Assembly: GCA_013265495.1 (NCBI GenBank)
Contig: MU057930.1
Coordinates: 71,599 to 135,598, forward strand
DNA length: 64,000 bases
From: Vicugna vicugna
Taxonomy: Eukaryota
Direction: 5' to 3'
Under the pieces are notes generated by a model. That model did no database searches, was not told where the DNA came from, and saw only the letters and a list, made by a program, of their open reading frames with translations. Positions within the stretch are counted from its first letter, which is position 1. Every line of letters starts with the position of its first letter. Positions 25,490 to 35,945 of this stretch are shown piece after piece. Made by a program: the position numbers and the translations under genes.

Positions 25490-25860
25490 TGGCATGTCTT
25501 CCCATGATGGGGTTTCCTTCTACAGCAAAGAAAATGGGGCGTCGTTGCTACGGCAATGGTTGATTACATAAGACTCCCTCCTGTGGGCAAACCAGACAGA
25601 TTCTCCGGCCACCGTGCGGTGCGACGGCCATGGGGCAAGACCCCGAGGGCAGCTTCTGGGAACAGAGAACAGCCCCCAGCCAAGGGCAACGGGAGTGTGA
25701 GAACCTCAGACCTACAACCTCCAGGAACCGACTTCGCTGAACAACCGTGCGAGTCTGGAAGAGGATCCGGAGGTCCAGAGGGGAACCCAGACCACACAAC
25801 CGTCCTGAGCAGAAGGCCGCTGTCTCGGTCATTCTGCAGCAGTGTGGTCTCTGCACTGTC
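25490..25860 (+). mobile_element. MaLR (MLT1E-like) LTR fragment
   Basis: catggggcaagacccc...cagcccccagccaag...acctcagacctacaacctccaggaaccgacttcgctgaacaacc. Confidence 0.55.
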
Positions 25861-27704
25861 CAGCTGGCTCTCATAAAGGATCACCTTGGGTCCTTCCAGC
25901 CCCAGCTTTTGGGAACATTCTCACAGGGGTGTCTGTGGCCCCAGGACCCTGGAACACAGGACCAGCACCTTCTGCAGCAAGTGTCTCAGGGGCGAGACGT
26001 GCATGTGGGTTTTTGCGGTTTGGAGTTTTCTGCAGGACGTTTTAAATGCCACAGCAACAGAGAGCCAGCAAAAGTGCTCACTTGGGAAACTGTATTTCGG
26101 AACACATACGTTAGTGTTCACTCAGAAGGGACATTCTGAGTTAATCTTTTCTTTCCAGCATCTTCAGCGTGGAGAGTGGAACCCACGTGCGCCAAGTCAC
26201 ACGGCCAACGAGGACAAGGGCGTGTGCATTTTCAGTATTTTCCCTTAAAAATTTACCATGGGAGTCGGGGTGGGTACGGTCCTGGGCCAGAGTTACTCAG
26301 CATGATCAAGGGACGGGCTCCATCCTGTGATCAGTCTGCCAGGAGACACATTCAGAAACTGAGGCTGCGTTCAGAAAAGGTTTTTTTAAAAAAAATCAAG
26401 TCATTTTGTGGATTTGCTGAACCCAATGATATTTCTTAAAGAAAGCAACATGGAGCACTCACATTTTGCATGTTTCTTAAATTGATTTTTTTCTCATAAT
26501 TCATTCTACTCTGTCTGCAACGGCGCCAGGCAGGGACAGACTGGGGGAGAGGGGTTTCGCCACAGGGAGTTCGGATGTGCCGCTCCAGAAAATGGGGCCA
26601 CGTGGGTAGGGATTCCTGACACCCCATTCTAACTGTCCCCCGAAACACTTCCAAGAATGTGGAAAAAGAAAAATAAAAAAAAGTAGAGGAGAACCCACAC
26701 TATCGCTAATAAACGGAACGCATGGTGAAAGCCTGAGTGGACCCGCACACTCAGCTTCCAGACACGCAGCCCTGTTACTGGATCTCTGGGGAGTCCGAAG
26801 ATGCCTCTCCTCTGCTCTCTGGGGGAAAAAAGGGAATCAGAAATGACCAGAAGCGTGAGGACTGCTGTTCCATGTTGACATCGCTGGCTTGTGGCACAGC
26901 CACTGAGTTTTCTTTCCTTTCTGCCCACTCCTGTCCATCAGCCTCTACTTGCTACGCTCATTCGGGAGCCACCTGGCCCCCCGGCCCCTCGCGTCTGCAC
27001 CACTGGGAGGTGGGGGGGACATGGCACACAGAATGCGACCCTGAGATCAAGCCGTACAGCTGGGGCGGGCAGAGCGTCCCCCTGTAGACTGGAACACTCT
27101 GCAGGGCCCTCCCTGAGAACGGAAACGCAGAAGACACGCTGCAGAGGGTGGGACCTCGCCCCCGAAGGAGCCGAGGCACCAGGAATGACAGGACACGGGG
27201 AACCACGCATGCCAGGGGCTCGGCTAAAACCCAAGCAGGCTCTGTATCCCCCCCCGAAGAATGAGCACGCTGGGAGGGGCCACGGGTAACGGATACAGCT
27301 GGTCGGGGAGGGGGCAGGGCAGGAGAGGGAGACGCAGGGCACATTTTTCATTTTACCTCGACGGCCGTCGGTGACCCCTTCGTGTCTATCTGGGTAATCA
27401 GAGAAGCGGAAGGTTGAGATGTTTTGAGAGAATTCAACACACCCCTAGGAGACAAGAAAGGGGACGTGTGTTGTACAGGTGACGGGGGGACATGGGAGGT
27501 AACCCAGGTGTCCACGGAGCAAGAACAGGAGACCCACGGAGCAGGCAGGGGGCATGGGTTGAAGAGGGGGGTGAGCCCTGAGTATCTGGTCGTGATACGA
27601 AACCAACATGGTAGCCGCTTAGTGGAAGACTGCACTCAACAGATTTGTTACAAATCCTAGCCACTGTATGTAAAGATACATTTAGAAACATTTTTTAAAG
27701 TTTC

Positions 27705-27860
27705 TCCTGTATTGCACGGGCAACTATGTTCAATAAATTGTAATAACCTTCAATGAGAAACAATATGAAAATGAACGTATGTCTGTACCTGCACGACTGG
27801 GACAGTGTGCTGTGCAGCAGAGATGGACACATTGTAACTGACTGCACTGCAGTTTAACCA
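27705..27860 (+). mobile_element. Short LINE-1 3' tail
   Basis: gcacgggcaactatgttcaata...gactgggacagtgtgctgtgcagcagagatggacacattgtaactgact, homologous to 29656-29757. Confidence 0.75.
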
Positions 27861-27902
27861 AAAGCATGAGAAAGGAGAATTCTTCTGCAGGTTCATTGCA
27901 GA

Positions 27903-28050
27903 GTTTTTTTCTTTTTGTTTTCTGGTGGTGGTGGTGGTGGTAGAATTAGGTTTATTTAATTTATTTTTTCTAAGGGAGGTGCGGGGGACGGAACCCAGGA
28001 CCCCGTGCATGCCACACACGCGCTCGACCCCTGAGCCCTGCCCTCCCCCC
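27903..28050 (-). mobile_element. tRNA-derived SINE (Vic-1-like)
   Basis: aattaggtttattt...ggggacggaacccaggacc...cctgagccctgccctccccc. Confidence 0.82.
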
Positions 28051-28711
28051 GCATCACAGGGTTTTTTTTTTTTTAAAGTGGGGGCTGGAAATGAAAAGGC
28101 CGCAGAGCATGAGGCAAGCCATCACGGGGAAGGCAGCACGGGTACGTGTCGTCTTCTCGGAGTAACACGGCGTCGCCCTGGCTTCCCCAGGGCTCCGGGA
28201 CGGACGGGCGCAGAGAGGCGGGCACGACCGACACCGCTCCACACGGCTTTGAGCACCTGGCAGATCGACGGACAAGACAAAACAAAACGACAACAACAAA
28301 AAAACCCAAACCACAAAAAGCAACAAAAACGCCAGGACCCGGAGGAGGCTGGGAATGAGACGTTCGACAAGGCTGGAAACGCCGATTTCCACACAGGGAC
28401 GCGTGTACCGCAGGGAGATTTTCTGAATTTCAGCCATGCACTTCCAACTGTATTAACCGTATGCTGAACAGACAACTAAAATAAGAACCTCTCGAGGAAA
28501 CGAATAGTTTCCCAAGAAAAATACTGATTGTTACAACCTAATCAAGGCAATGAGAACTAATCAGAGCCACGACTATGGGACGAATGGAAAAATTAATGAG
28601 GAATAATTGCAGAAAAGGCAGGGAGGGGGCTCGACGGGAGATGATCAGATTTGTTCCGACTTTCCAAGAACGGATAAATCCCAACCTACGTTGATTGATT
28701 TTTAAACACCG

Positions 28712-28988
28712 GCAAACAGAAAGAGAAAGAAAAATACCACATGATTTCACTCATATGCAGAATCTAAAAAAATGAAGAAAAAAGAAAGGACAGTATGAAC
28801 TCATCTACAAAACAGAAAGAGACTCGCAGATGCAGGAAACTATCTTATGGTAACTGGGGGAAGGGGGTGCGAAGGGATAAATTTGGGAATTTGAGATTTG
28901 CAAATGTTAGCCACTATACGTAAAAATAGATTAAAAAAAAACCAAGTTTCTTCTGTATAAAAAAAAAAACTGGCAAAAAAAAAAAAAC
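28712..28988 (+). mobile_element. LINE-1 3' UTR fragment
   Basis: aaaaataccacatgatttcactcatatgcagaatct...agggataaatttgggaatttgagatttgc. Confidence 0.8.
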
Positions 28989-29546
28989 AAGGCTGAGTTG
29001 ATTCTTTTTAAGAAGTTTGCATTTTTGCGATAGAAAAACCTGCGAAGAAATTGCACCAAAAGGGGAAGGGAGGTCACATCCAGGACCACTCAGTGGATCC
29101 CAGGAAATCTGCCGTCTCTCCCTCCGTGATGGGAATGGAAAACGCGCCCATGGATGGAGGGGCCGGGGCTCACCTCGTCCTGAACTTGGGGCACCAGAGC
29201 TGCCCCGCTCCACGCAGCCACACTCTCGTGGGGAGGGCGGCTGCGGCACCCCCTCCACACACACTCCTGGTCTCGGAGGCCTGGGCCTGCCTTCGCTCCA
29301 GAGAGAGGGACAGAGGCCCCCAACGTGCCGGGACGTGCCCACAGGAGCACAGCGTGGCTGTGACACCCTGCCTCTGCCATCCTCCTGGATTTCTCTACTG
29401 GAAAAATAAAGGCGAAACGGACACACGTCTTGGCTGCTAGAGAGACGCGCTCATGTGCGTCGAGACGGGAAATCCTGTTTTCTGTGTATGAAGTAGGTCT
29501 GAGCCTGCCCGTGAAGCCAGGTATGGAAGGGGCATGGAGGGAGGTT

Positions 29547-29548
<2 letters not shown>

Positions 29549-29580
<32 letters not shown>
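29549..29580. repeat. (TG)16 microsatellite followed by a GA-rich tract
   Basis: Read directly from the sequence. Confidence 0.95.
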
Positions 29581-29581
<1 letters not shown>

Positions 29582-29857
29582 TGTTGACAGAGATGCAGAA
29601 TCAGAGACCTACAGAGAGAGTCAGAGAGAGCGACAGAGACACAAAGAGATACAGAAAATATGAAAACGAATTATGTATGTACATGCATGACTGGGACACT
29701 GTGCTGTGCACCAGAGACGGACACATTGTAACTGACTGCACTTCAATTAAAAAAAAGAGAGAGACAGAGAAAGAGACACAGAGAGTCAGAGAGACAGAGA
29801 CACAAGGGAGAGAACACAGACGTACAGATCCCTGGCCTGGAGGGAGAAAATTGAATA

Positions 29858-30180
29858 GGGAGGGAGGTCTAGCTCAGGGGTAGAGTGTGTGCTTAGCATG
29901 CATGAGGTCCTGGGTTCAATCTCCAGTCCCTTCATTAAAGAAAAAAAAAAAGAGCAGCCAGTGATTTAACCTAATCTTGAAAGAGAAAACTATTAAGTAA
30001 CAGAAAAAAAAAAAGTATGCAACATTAAAAAAAAAATAAAATGAGGGAGAGAATAGGTCAGGACTGTAGCACATGCTTAACATGCATGAGGTCCTGGGTT
30101 CAATCCTCAGTCCCTCCATTAAAGAAAAAAAAAATTAAATAAGTAAACCTAATTACCTCTGCTCTGGAAAAAAAAAAAGA
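29858..30180 (+). mobile_element. Two tandem tRNA-derived SINEs (~29858-29951 and ~30043-30180)
   Basis: Two copies of gcatgcatgaggtcctgggttcaatc...ccattaaagaaaaaaa. Confidence 0.88.
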
Positions 30181-30566
30181 ACACCGAATAAGCGAGTGCC
30201 CATTTCTGTCTTTCGTTCTGCTGGTTACGGGCGCCCCTCCACGGCCCCTCGATGGCGGGGATGTGGTCCCAGGATGCGTCTTGAGTCAGGGAATAGGAGG
30301 CCTTCCTCAGAGACCCTCCTGAGGACGGCTGAGCATCAGGACCCGCCATCCACCCGGAATGAACGCACACAGACTCCATCCCTAAGGCGCTGGCTCCCTC
30401 AGGACCGCCTTCCTGGGGGCCCTGACCCGCAGGCAGCCTCTCTCCCAGGAGGAGGAGAAACAGCAGGTCTGCAGACACGGCCGCACGGCTCCCCTTGCTT
30501 CTGGCAGCTCTGAGCCCACACCCGAGGGCGGACTCCCGTTTTCCAGGCGCTCTCTTCGCCTAGACC

Positions 30567-31080
30567 GAGCAGACCTCGTGCACCGCACTTCACGGGACCT
30601 CAACCTTGCAGGCGCTGTGCGTATTTCATTTTATTGTTTTTTTTTTTTACCAACAGAAGGCGTGTGGCCGCCCTGCACTGAGCACGTCTCCTGGGGCCGT
30701 TTTTTCCCAACAGCATCTGCTCCCTTCGTGTCTCCGGGTCCCACCTGGGTCACGGTCACCATCCTGCAAATATCTTATATCTGGGACGGGGACCTGTGAT
30801 CAGCCATCTTTCATGTCACTGCTGCACAAAGATTCTGACTGGCTCAAGGCTCACAGCGTGGGAAGCATGTGTGAGCAATAAAGTCAATTTAAATTACGTC
30901 TTGTGCATTTTTTTTTAAGACCTAAGGCCACTGCACACTTAAGACGGCAGCGCAGTACACGCAGAACTCTCACGTGTGCGCTGGGAAACCGGGATGTTCA
31001 TGGGACTTCCTATATGACTGTGACATCCGCTTTCTGGCGGTGGCCTGCAGCAGGACCCAGGATATAATCCAGGTGTGCTC
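30567..31080 (+). mobile_element. Internally deleted Tigger1 derivative (non-autonomous), GC-shifted
   Basis: Colinear with 62464-62930: ttttttac..aagg..ggccgccctgc...cagcat.tgctc...gtgtctc...tgatcag...gcacacttaa...gcgctgggaaacc. Confidence 0.75.
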
Positions 31081-31390
31081 ATAAAGCCAAGTGGACCAGA
31101 CCACCGTCACCCAGCCTGGACGGCCAGCGTCCGAGGGAGGCCCTGGCTACTTGGTGGCTCTGGGCCGCGTCTGCCCATCCTCACAGGGGACGTCCATGGG
31201 CACAGCCAGGCGGGGAGGCGGGGATGTGGCCTGACCCCCGCCCCCCAACACCTGTCTGTCCGCCTGCCCGGCCCCACCTGAACCCCCTGGAGATGACCTG
31301 CGCTGTTTCATGGTTCACATTTCAACACCCCATCCTCCTTCGGTCGGATGCTCTCCGAGGGCAGCTCGGCCAAGATCCCCTTTTCCTAAG

Positions 31391-32284
31391 CTGCCGAATG
31401 AAAAAAATAGAAATAAAAACAAAACGCACAACTTGCAAGCTGAGAATTACGTTTGATCTGGGGCCTTACTGACGGTTAGAGCCTGACCATCGAGGGGACA
31501 GCCTCTCAGGGCTCTTTTGTCTTTCCCAAGTAAACCGCGATTTTTGCAGTGAAATGCTCACAGATGGAAAATCAAGCTGAATGTTGATCCTGCCCATTTC
31601 ATTTCAGAATAATCATACTCCTTATTTTTGTTCCATGTCTTTCAATCTCCCGTCAAGTGAAAATAAAGAAGCATGTAATTTGGGGCTCAATTTTTGGTTT
31701 AAATTTCATCGCTGAATTAGAGATCCCCGCCATAAAGGGCGTGGCCAACAGCCACATCCTGAGCCCCTAAGTAAAGGATGTTCTGGCTGCTACCTCAACT
31801 TTTAAGGTCACTTCTATTAAAACGCCAGTGTTAGCAAGAGATTTTTCTTCCCCACAATAAGAAACCCTAAGATGGTTAAGGTCCTGCATAACAAAACGTT
31901 CACCTGTGCAAACATTCCACTGAAATTTTGGGGGAACTGGTCCAAAGACATATAAGGGAGGAGCCAGGATATACAGGAGTTTTTGGTGGGGGAAAAAAAA
32001 AACAAGCATGTAGTTGAACATCAAAAGATGACTGATAATCACAAAAAGCAGACGTCTCAAGTTACTGGTTTTAGCGCTTCTCTGTGTCTGGGAGGAGGCA
32101 AGAGCCTGGGCGCGCTGAAATCACGCCTTTGACGTGCACCTGAGCTCCCTGGGGCCCGTGTCCTGTTTTTCTCCATCCTGAGTCCCCTTCAGGGGGCACT
32201 GATGGGGGCAGCTGCCGTGGCCAAGGGCTCGATGGCCGCAGCAGCCTTTGTTTAATGATGAGGCGGGTCACGTGTTTTGTCCAC
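31391..32284 (-). mobile_element. MER41-like ERV1 solo LTR split by a ~410-bp insert
   Basis: gcacaacttgcaagctgagaattacg...gacagcctctcag, then after the insert taagggaggagccaggatatacaggagttttt...tcctgtttttctccatcctgagtcccc...tttgtccac. Confidence 0.7.
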
Positions 32285-32485
32285 GTGACCAAAGATGTCT
32301 TGGACATCAATGCTGTCTTACAGCCTCCAGCTGCAATTCTGTGTCGCCCTGAGCCTCTTTGAGCGGTAAGCGTGTCCTTTTGAAGGACAGCCCCAGTCCT
32401 CAGATGACAGGGTCTCCTCCCTACAGACCGATACTGTCTGGACACTCATGGCCACCTCCAGGGAGCTTCATTTTTGTAATTTCCT

Positions 32486-32762
32486 TCTTTTTTTTTCTCC
32501 TTCAATTTTTTAAAAAATGGAAGTACAGTTGATTTACAATGTTGTGTTAGTTTCTGGTGTCCAGCATAGAGCTTCCATTGTACATAGGTATATATACTGT
32601 TTTCCATATTCTTACAGGTTATGATAAACTATTGAATAGAGTTCTCTGTGCTCTACAGTATAAACTTGTTGTTTATCTATTTTATATATAATAGTTAGTT
32701 ATCCGCTAATCCCAAACTCCTAATTTATCCCTCTCTTACCCTCTTCCCTCTTTGGGAAGTTT
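32486..32762 (-). mobile_element. LINE-1 3' UTR end
   Basis: gaagtacagttgatttacaatgttgtgttagtttctggtgt...cccaaactcctaatttatccct. Confidence 0.85.
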
Positions 32763-32764
32763 GT

Positions 32765-33360
32765 AAGACAAGGAAACAACCTAAATGTCCATCGATAGAT
32801 GACTGAATAAAGAAGACGTGGTATATTTATACAGTGGAATACTACACAGCCATGAAAAGAGTGAAATAACGCCATTTGCAGCCACATGGATGGACCTGGA
32901 GGGTATTATGTTTAGTGAAATAAGTCAGACAGAGAAAGACAGATACTGCATGGTCTCACTTCTATACGGAATCGAAAAAGGTTGAACTCATAAAAGAGAG
33001 AGCAGAATGGTGGTTACCAGGGGCTGGGGAGTTATATGAAGTTGTATGAAGAAGACATTCTGGGGATGTGATGTACCACATGGTGACTACAGTTAATAGT
33101 ACCACATTGTACATTTGAAATGTGCTAACACAATAATCTTCAGTGTTTGCATCACACACACACAGCAAAATGGTAACTGCGGGGTGATGAATGTGTTGTG
33201 CATGTGTGATATGAACACTTAGGATCTACTGTCTGAACAAAACTTCAAGTATATAACACAGTATTGGTTCTGGTAACCATTTCCCAATGTATATGTACAT
33301 TAAATTTTTGTACCTTTGGAAAAAAAACAAACCACAAAATATCACATTGTATAACCTAAG
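32765..33360 (+). mobile_element. Older LINE-1 (L1MA-like) 3' fragment
   Basis: aacaacctaaatgtccatcg...tggatggacctggagggtattatg...catggtgactacagttaatagtacc. Confidence 0.8.
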
Positions 33361-33833
33361 ATCAATCAGTCAGTGAATGATGTCAGTCACAAAAAAGAAA
33401 CAAGAAATTCAAGTACTCAAAGAGGAACGCTTGGTGGCCAGAAATGGAAAAAAAGGGGCAGAACATCCAAGGGCAATATACCCCGTCCTACTGCCCATGC
33501 GAGCAGCACTATCTTGTGAGGTTATCTGTCCCCTAGGACGGAGGAAAGTCAGGCACCAATAAAGTGGGGTGTGGGGAGAAAACATTCTACAAAAGCATTT
33601 TTTATTGAGATGAAAAGACGTCCTACCAGGACAAGACATGCAGATGTGTGAAGATGGCTGATTTCCCCTGGGGCTCTCAGGAAGCCCTTGCTTGCTCCTA
33701 CGTGAGAAGGCATGTGGTTATTTGGGTGTAGACACCAGCCTTAACAACTTGAACCCTTTGAGTGCATGTGCCCACCTGCCCTTAGGGCTGTCCTCATTCT
33801 GCCCTGGACTAAGGGCTTGAAGAGAGAGCCCTC

Positions 33834-34491
33834 TGTATCAGCTAGCTACACTGTGTAACAAACAAACCACCCCAAGCTTTCTGGCATAAAACTACCCCCA
33901 TTTAACCATTTGGCAGCTCTTTCCTTCAGAGTCTGAGTCTGGGCAAGCTGGGTTCTCTGCTCGGGGTCTCACAAGGCTGAAACCATGGTGTCACCAGGGC
34001 TGAGGTGTCACCTCTGTGGCTGGAGATGCTGTTCCAGCCTCACTCAGGCTGTAGTGAGGTTCAGTTTCATACAGTTGGAGGACAGAGGTCCTGTTTGGTT
34101 TCTGGCTGCCGGGCAAAGGCAGCTCTCTGCTTCATGGGGGTCGCTCACAGCTCTGTGCCATGGGGACACCTCACAACATGGCAGTCAGCTTCCTCTAAGC
34201 CAGCAGGAGAATGTCTGCTTATGTTTCCAGTCTCTTTCTTGGGGTCACCTCTTTAGGCCAGGCCCACCCAAGATGATGTCCCTTTTGATTTAATTCAAAG
34301 CCAACAGATGTTGTACCTTCATGACATCTGCAAAGTTCCTTCAGTTTTGTCATAGAGCATAACTTCATCTCAGGAGTGACATGCTATGATCCCCCAGGTC
34401 CCACCTACACAGAAGGGACAGGGGTTATATGAGGCACTCACGCCTTGCAGGGGCGAGAATCCTCAGGCCATCCTTGCAGCACGCCCACCCC
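33834..34491 (-). mobile_element. MaLR (MLT1E-like) LTR
   Basis: tgtatcagctagc..ctgtgtaacaaac...ggtctcacaaggctgaaacc...ggcccacccaagatgatgtcccttttgatt...acatctgcaaagttcctt. Confidence 0.75.
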
Positions 34492-34649
34492 GGAGAGCTT
34501 GGGTGTCAGGGCTCCTTTATCTGGGGTTGCATCTGCACAGCCCCATACCAAGCTCTCTATCAAGAGACCCTCCCTCTTGCTTTTGCTTCAGAGGAAGTCA
34601 GGCGAAAGAGAAAGTCATAGTAACAACACTGTAAACTAGGTACAGGGGT

Positions 34650-34739
34650 CGGGGAAGAGTACAGCTCAGGGGTAGAGTGTGTGCTTAGCATGTACGAGGT
34701 CCTGGGTTCAATCCCTAGTCCCTCCATTAAAACACAAAA

Positions 34740-34773
<34 letters not shown>

Positions 34774-34819
34774 GATTACCCCCACAAGTCACTTTAAAAA
34801 ATTAAAAAGTAAAATAAAA
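34650..34819 (+). mobile_element. tRNA-derived SINE with an internal (CA)n microsatellite (~34742-34771)
   Basis: acagctcaggggtagagtgtgtgcttagcatgtacgaggtcctgggttcaatccc. TSD-like taaactag(g)taca on both sides. Confidence 0.88.
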
Positions 34820-35340
34820 TAAACTAGTACAAATTTAAAAATCAAGTAGGTGTGTATCCACAGAGGAGTCAGCTGCAAATTATTAGGTACAGCATAAGCT
34901 ACAAGGCTATACTGCACACCACAGGGAATGCAGCCAGTATTTTATGACAACTTGAAAAATAATAACATTGGTATGTATCTGATCAACCTGGAGTGTAGCT
35001 GCCACTGTGTGCTTGCCGCATGTGACCATAAATGCGAGTGTGCAAGATACACACTCCCTGATGACGAATGGTCAAACCAAAAACTACCTTTCTCGCTGGA
35101 AGATCTCGTCATGATATCTCCAAAATACTTAAAAGGTGAATTATTGGTTGGATCACAAGTTGCAACCGGAGGCATAATGGTGTTCACTGAATGCTCCCTG
35201 TGGGTTGACCAGCTGACTCTTCACATTCCCACTTGCTGAATTCTGTTACAAATAGGATGAGAAGAACCTAAAAGCTCCACCTCCACCTCCACCTCTCCTG
35301 CCTGTAAGTGTGTGCGCCAGGATCCATCCTACCTCAGCCT

Positions 35341-35945
35341 GCTCAACGCATATGGCAGCTCCAGCCCATTCCCAAGCAATGACGTATCAGTGCTCAATGC
35401 AAATGGCGGCTCCAGCCCATTCCCATTCAGTGACTTAGTGCTCAATGCATATGGCGGCTGCAGCCCCTTCCCATTCAATGACTTAGTGCTCAATGCAAAT
35501 GGCGGCTCCAGCCCATTCCCATTCAGTGACTTAGTGCTCAATGCACATAGTGGCTCCAGCCCATTCCCATTCAGTGACTTAGCATTCAATGCACATGGCG
35601 GCTGCAGCCCCTTCCCATTCAATGAGTTAGTGTTCAATGCAAATGGCGGCTCCATCCCATTCCCATTCAATGACTTAGTGCTCAATGCACACAGTGGGTC
35701 CAGCCAATTCCCATTCAGTGACTTAGCATTCAATGCATATGGCGGCTGCAGCCCCTTCCCATTCAATGACTTAGTGTTCAATGCACATGGTGGCTCCAGC
35801 CCATTCCCATTCAGTGACTGAGCATTCAATGCATATGGCGGCTCCAGCCCATTCCCATTCAGTGACTTAGTGCTCAGGGCACATGGTGGCTCCAGCCCAT
35901 TCCCATTCAATGACGTGTCAGTGTCCAAAGCATATGGTGGTTCTA
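35341..35945. repeat. 48-bp minisatellite, ~12.5 copies
   Basis: Unit gctcaatgcaNatggcggctccagcccattcccattcaRtgacttagt starting at 35392, 35440, 35488 ... 35872. Terminal units are 51 bp. Confidence 0.97.

Noticed and set aside
32486..33360. Possible twin-primed (5'-inverted) L1
   Set aside because: The plus-strand piece runs on into its own, different 3' UTR and no shared TSD is visible, so two separate insertions are more likely.
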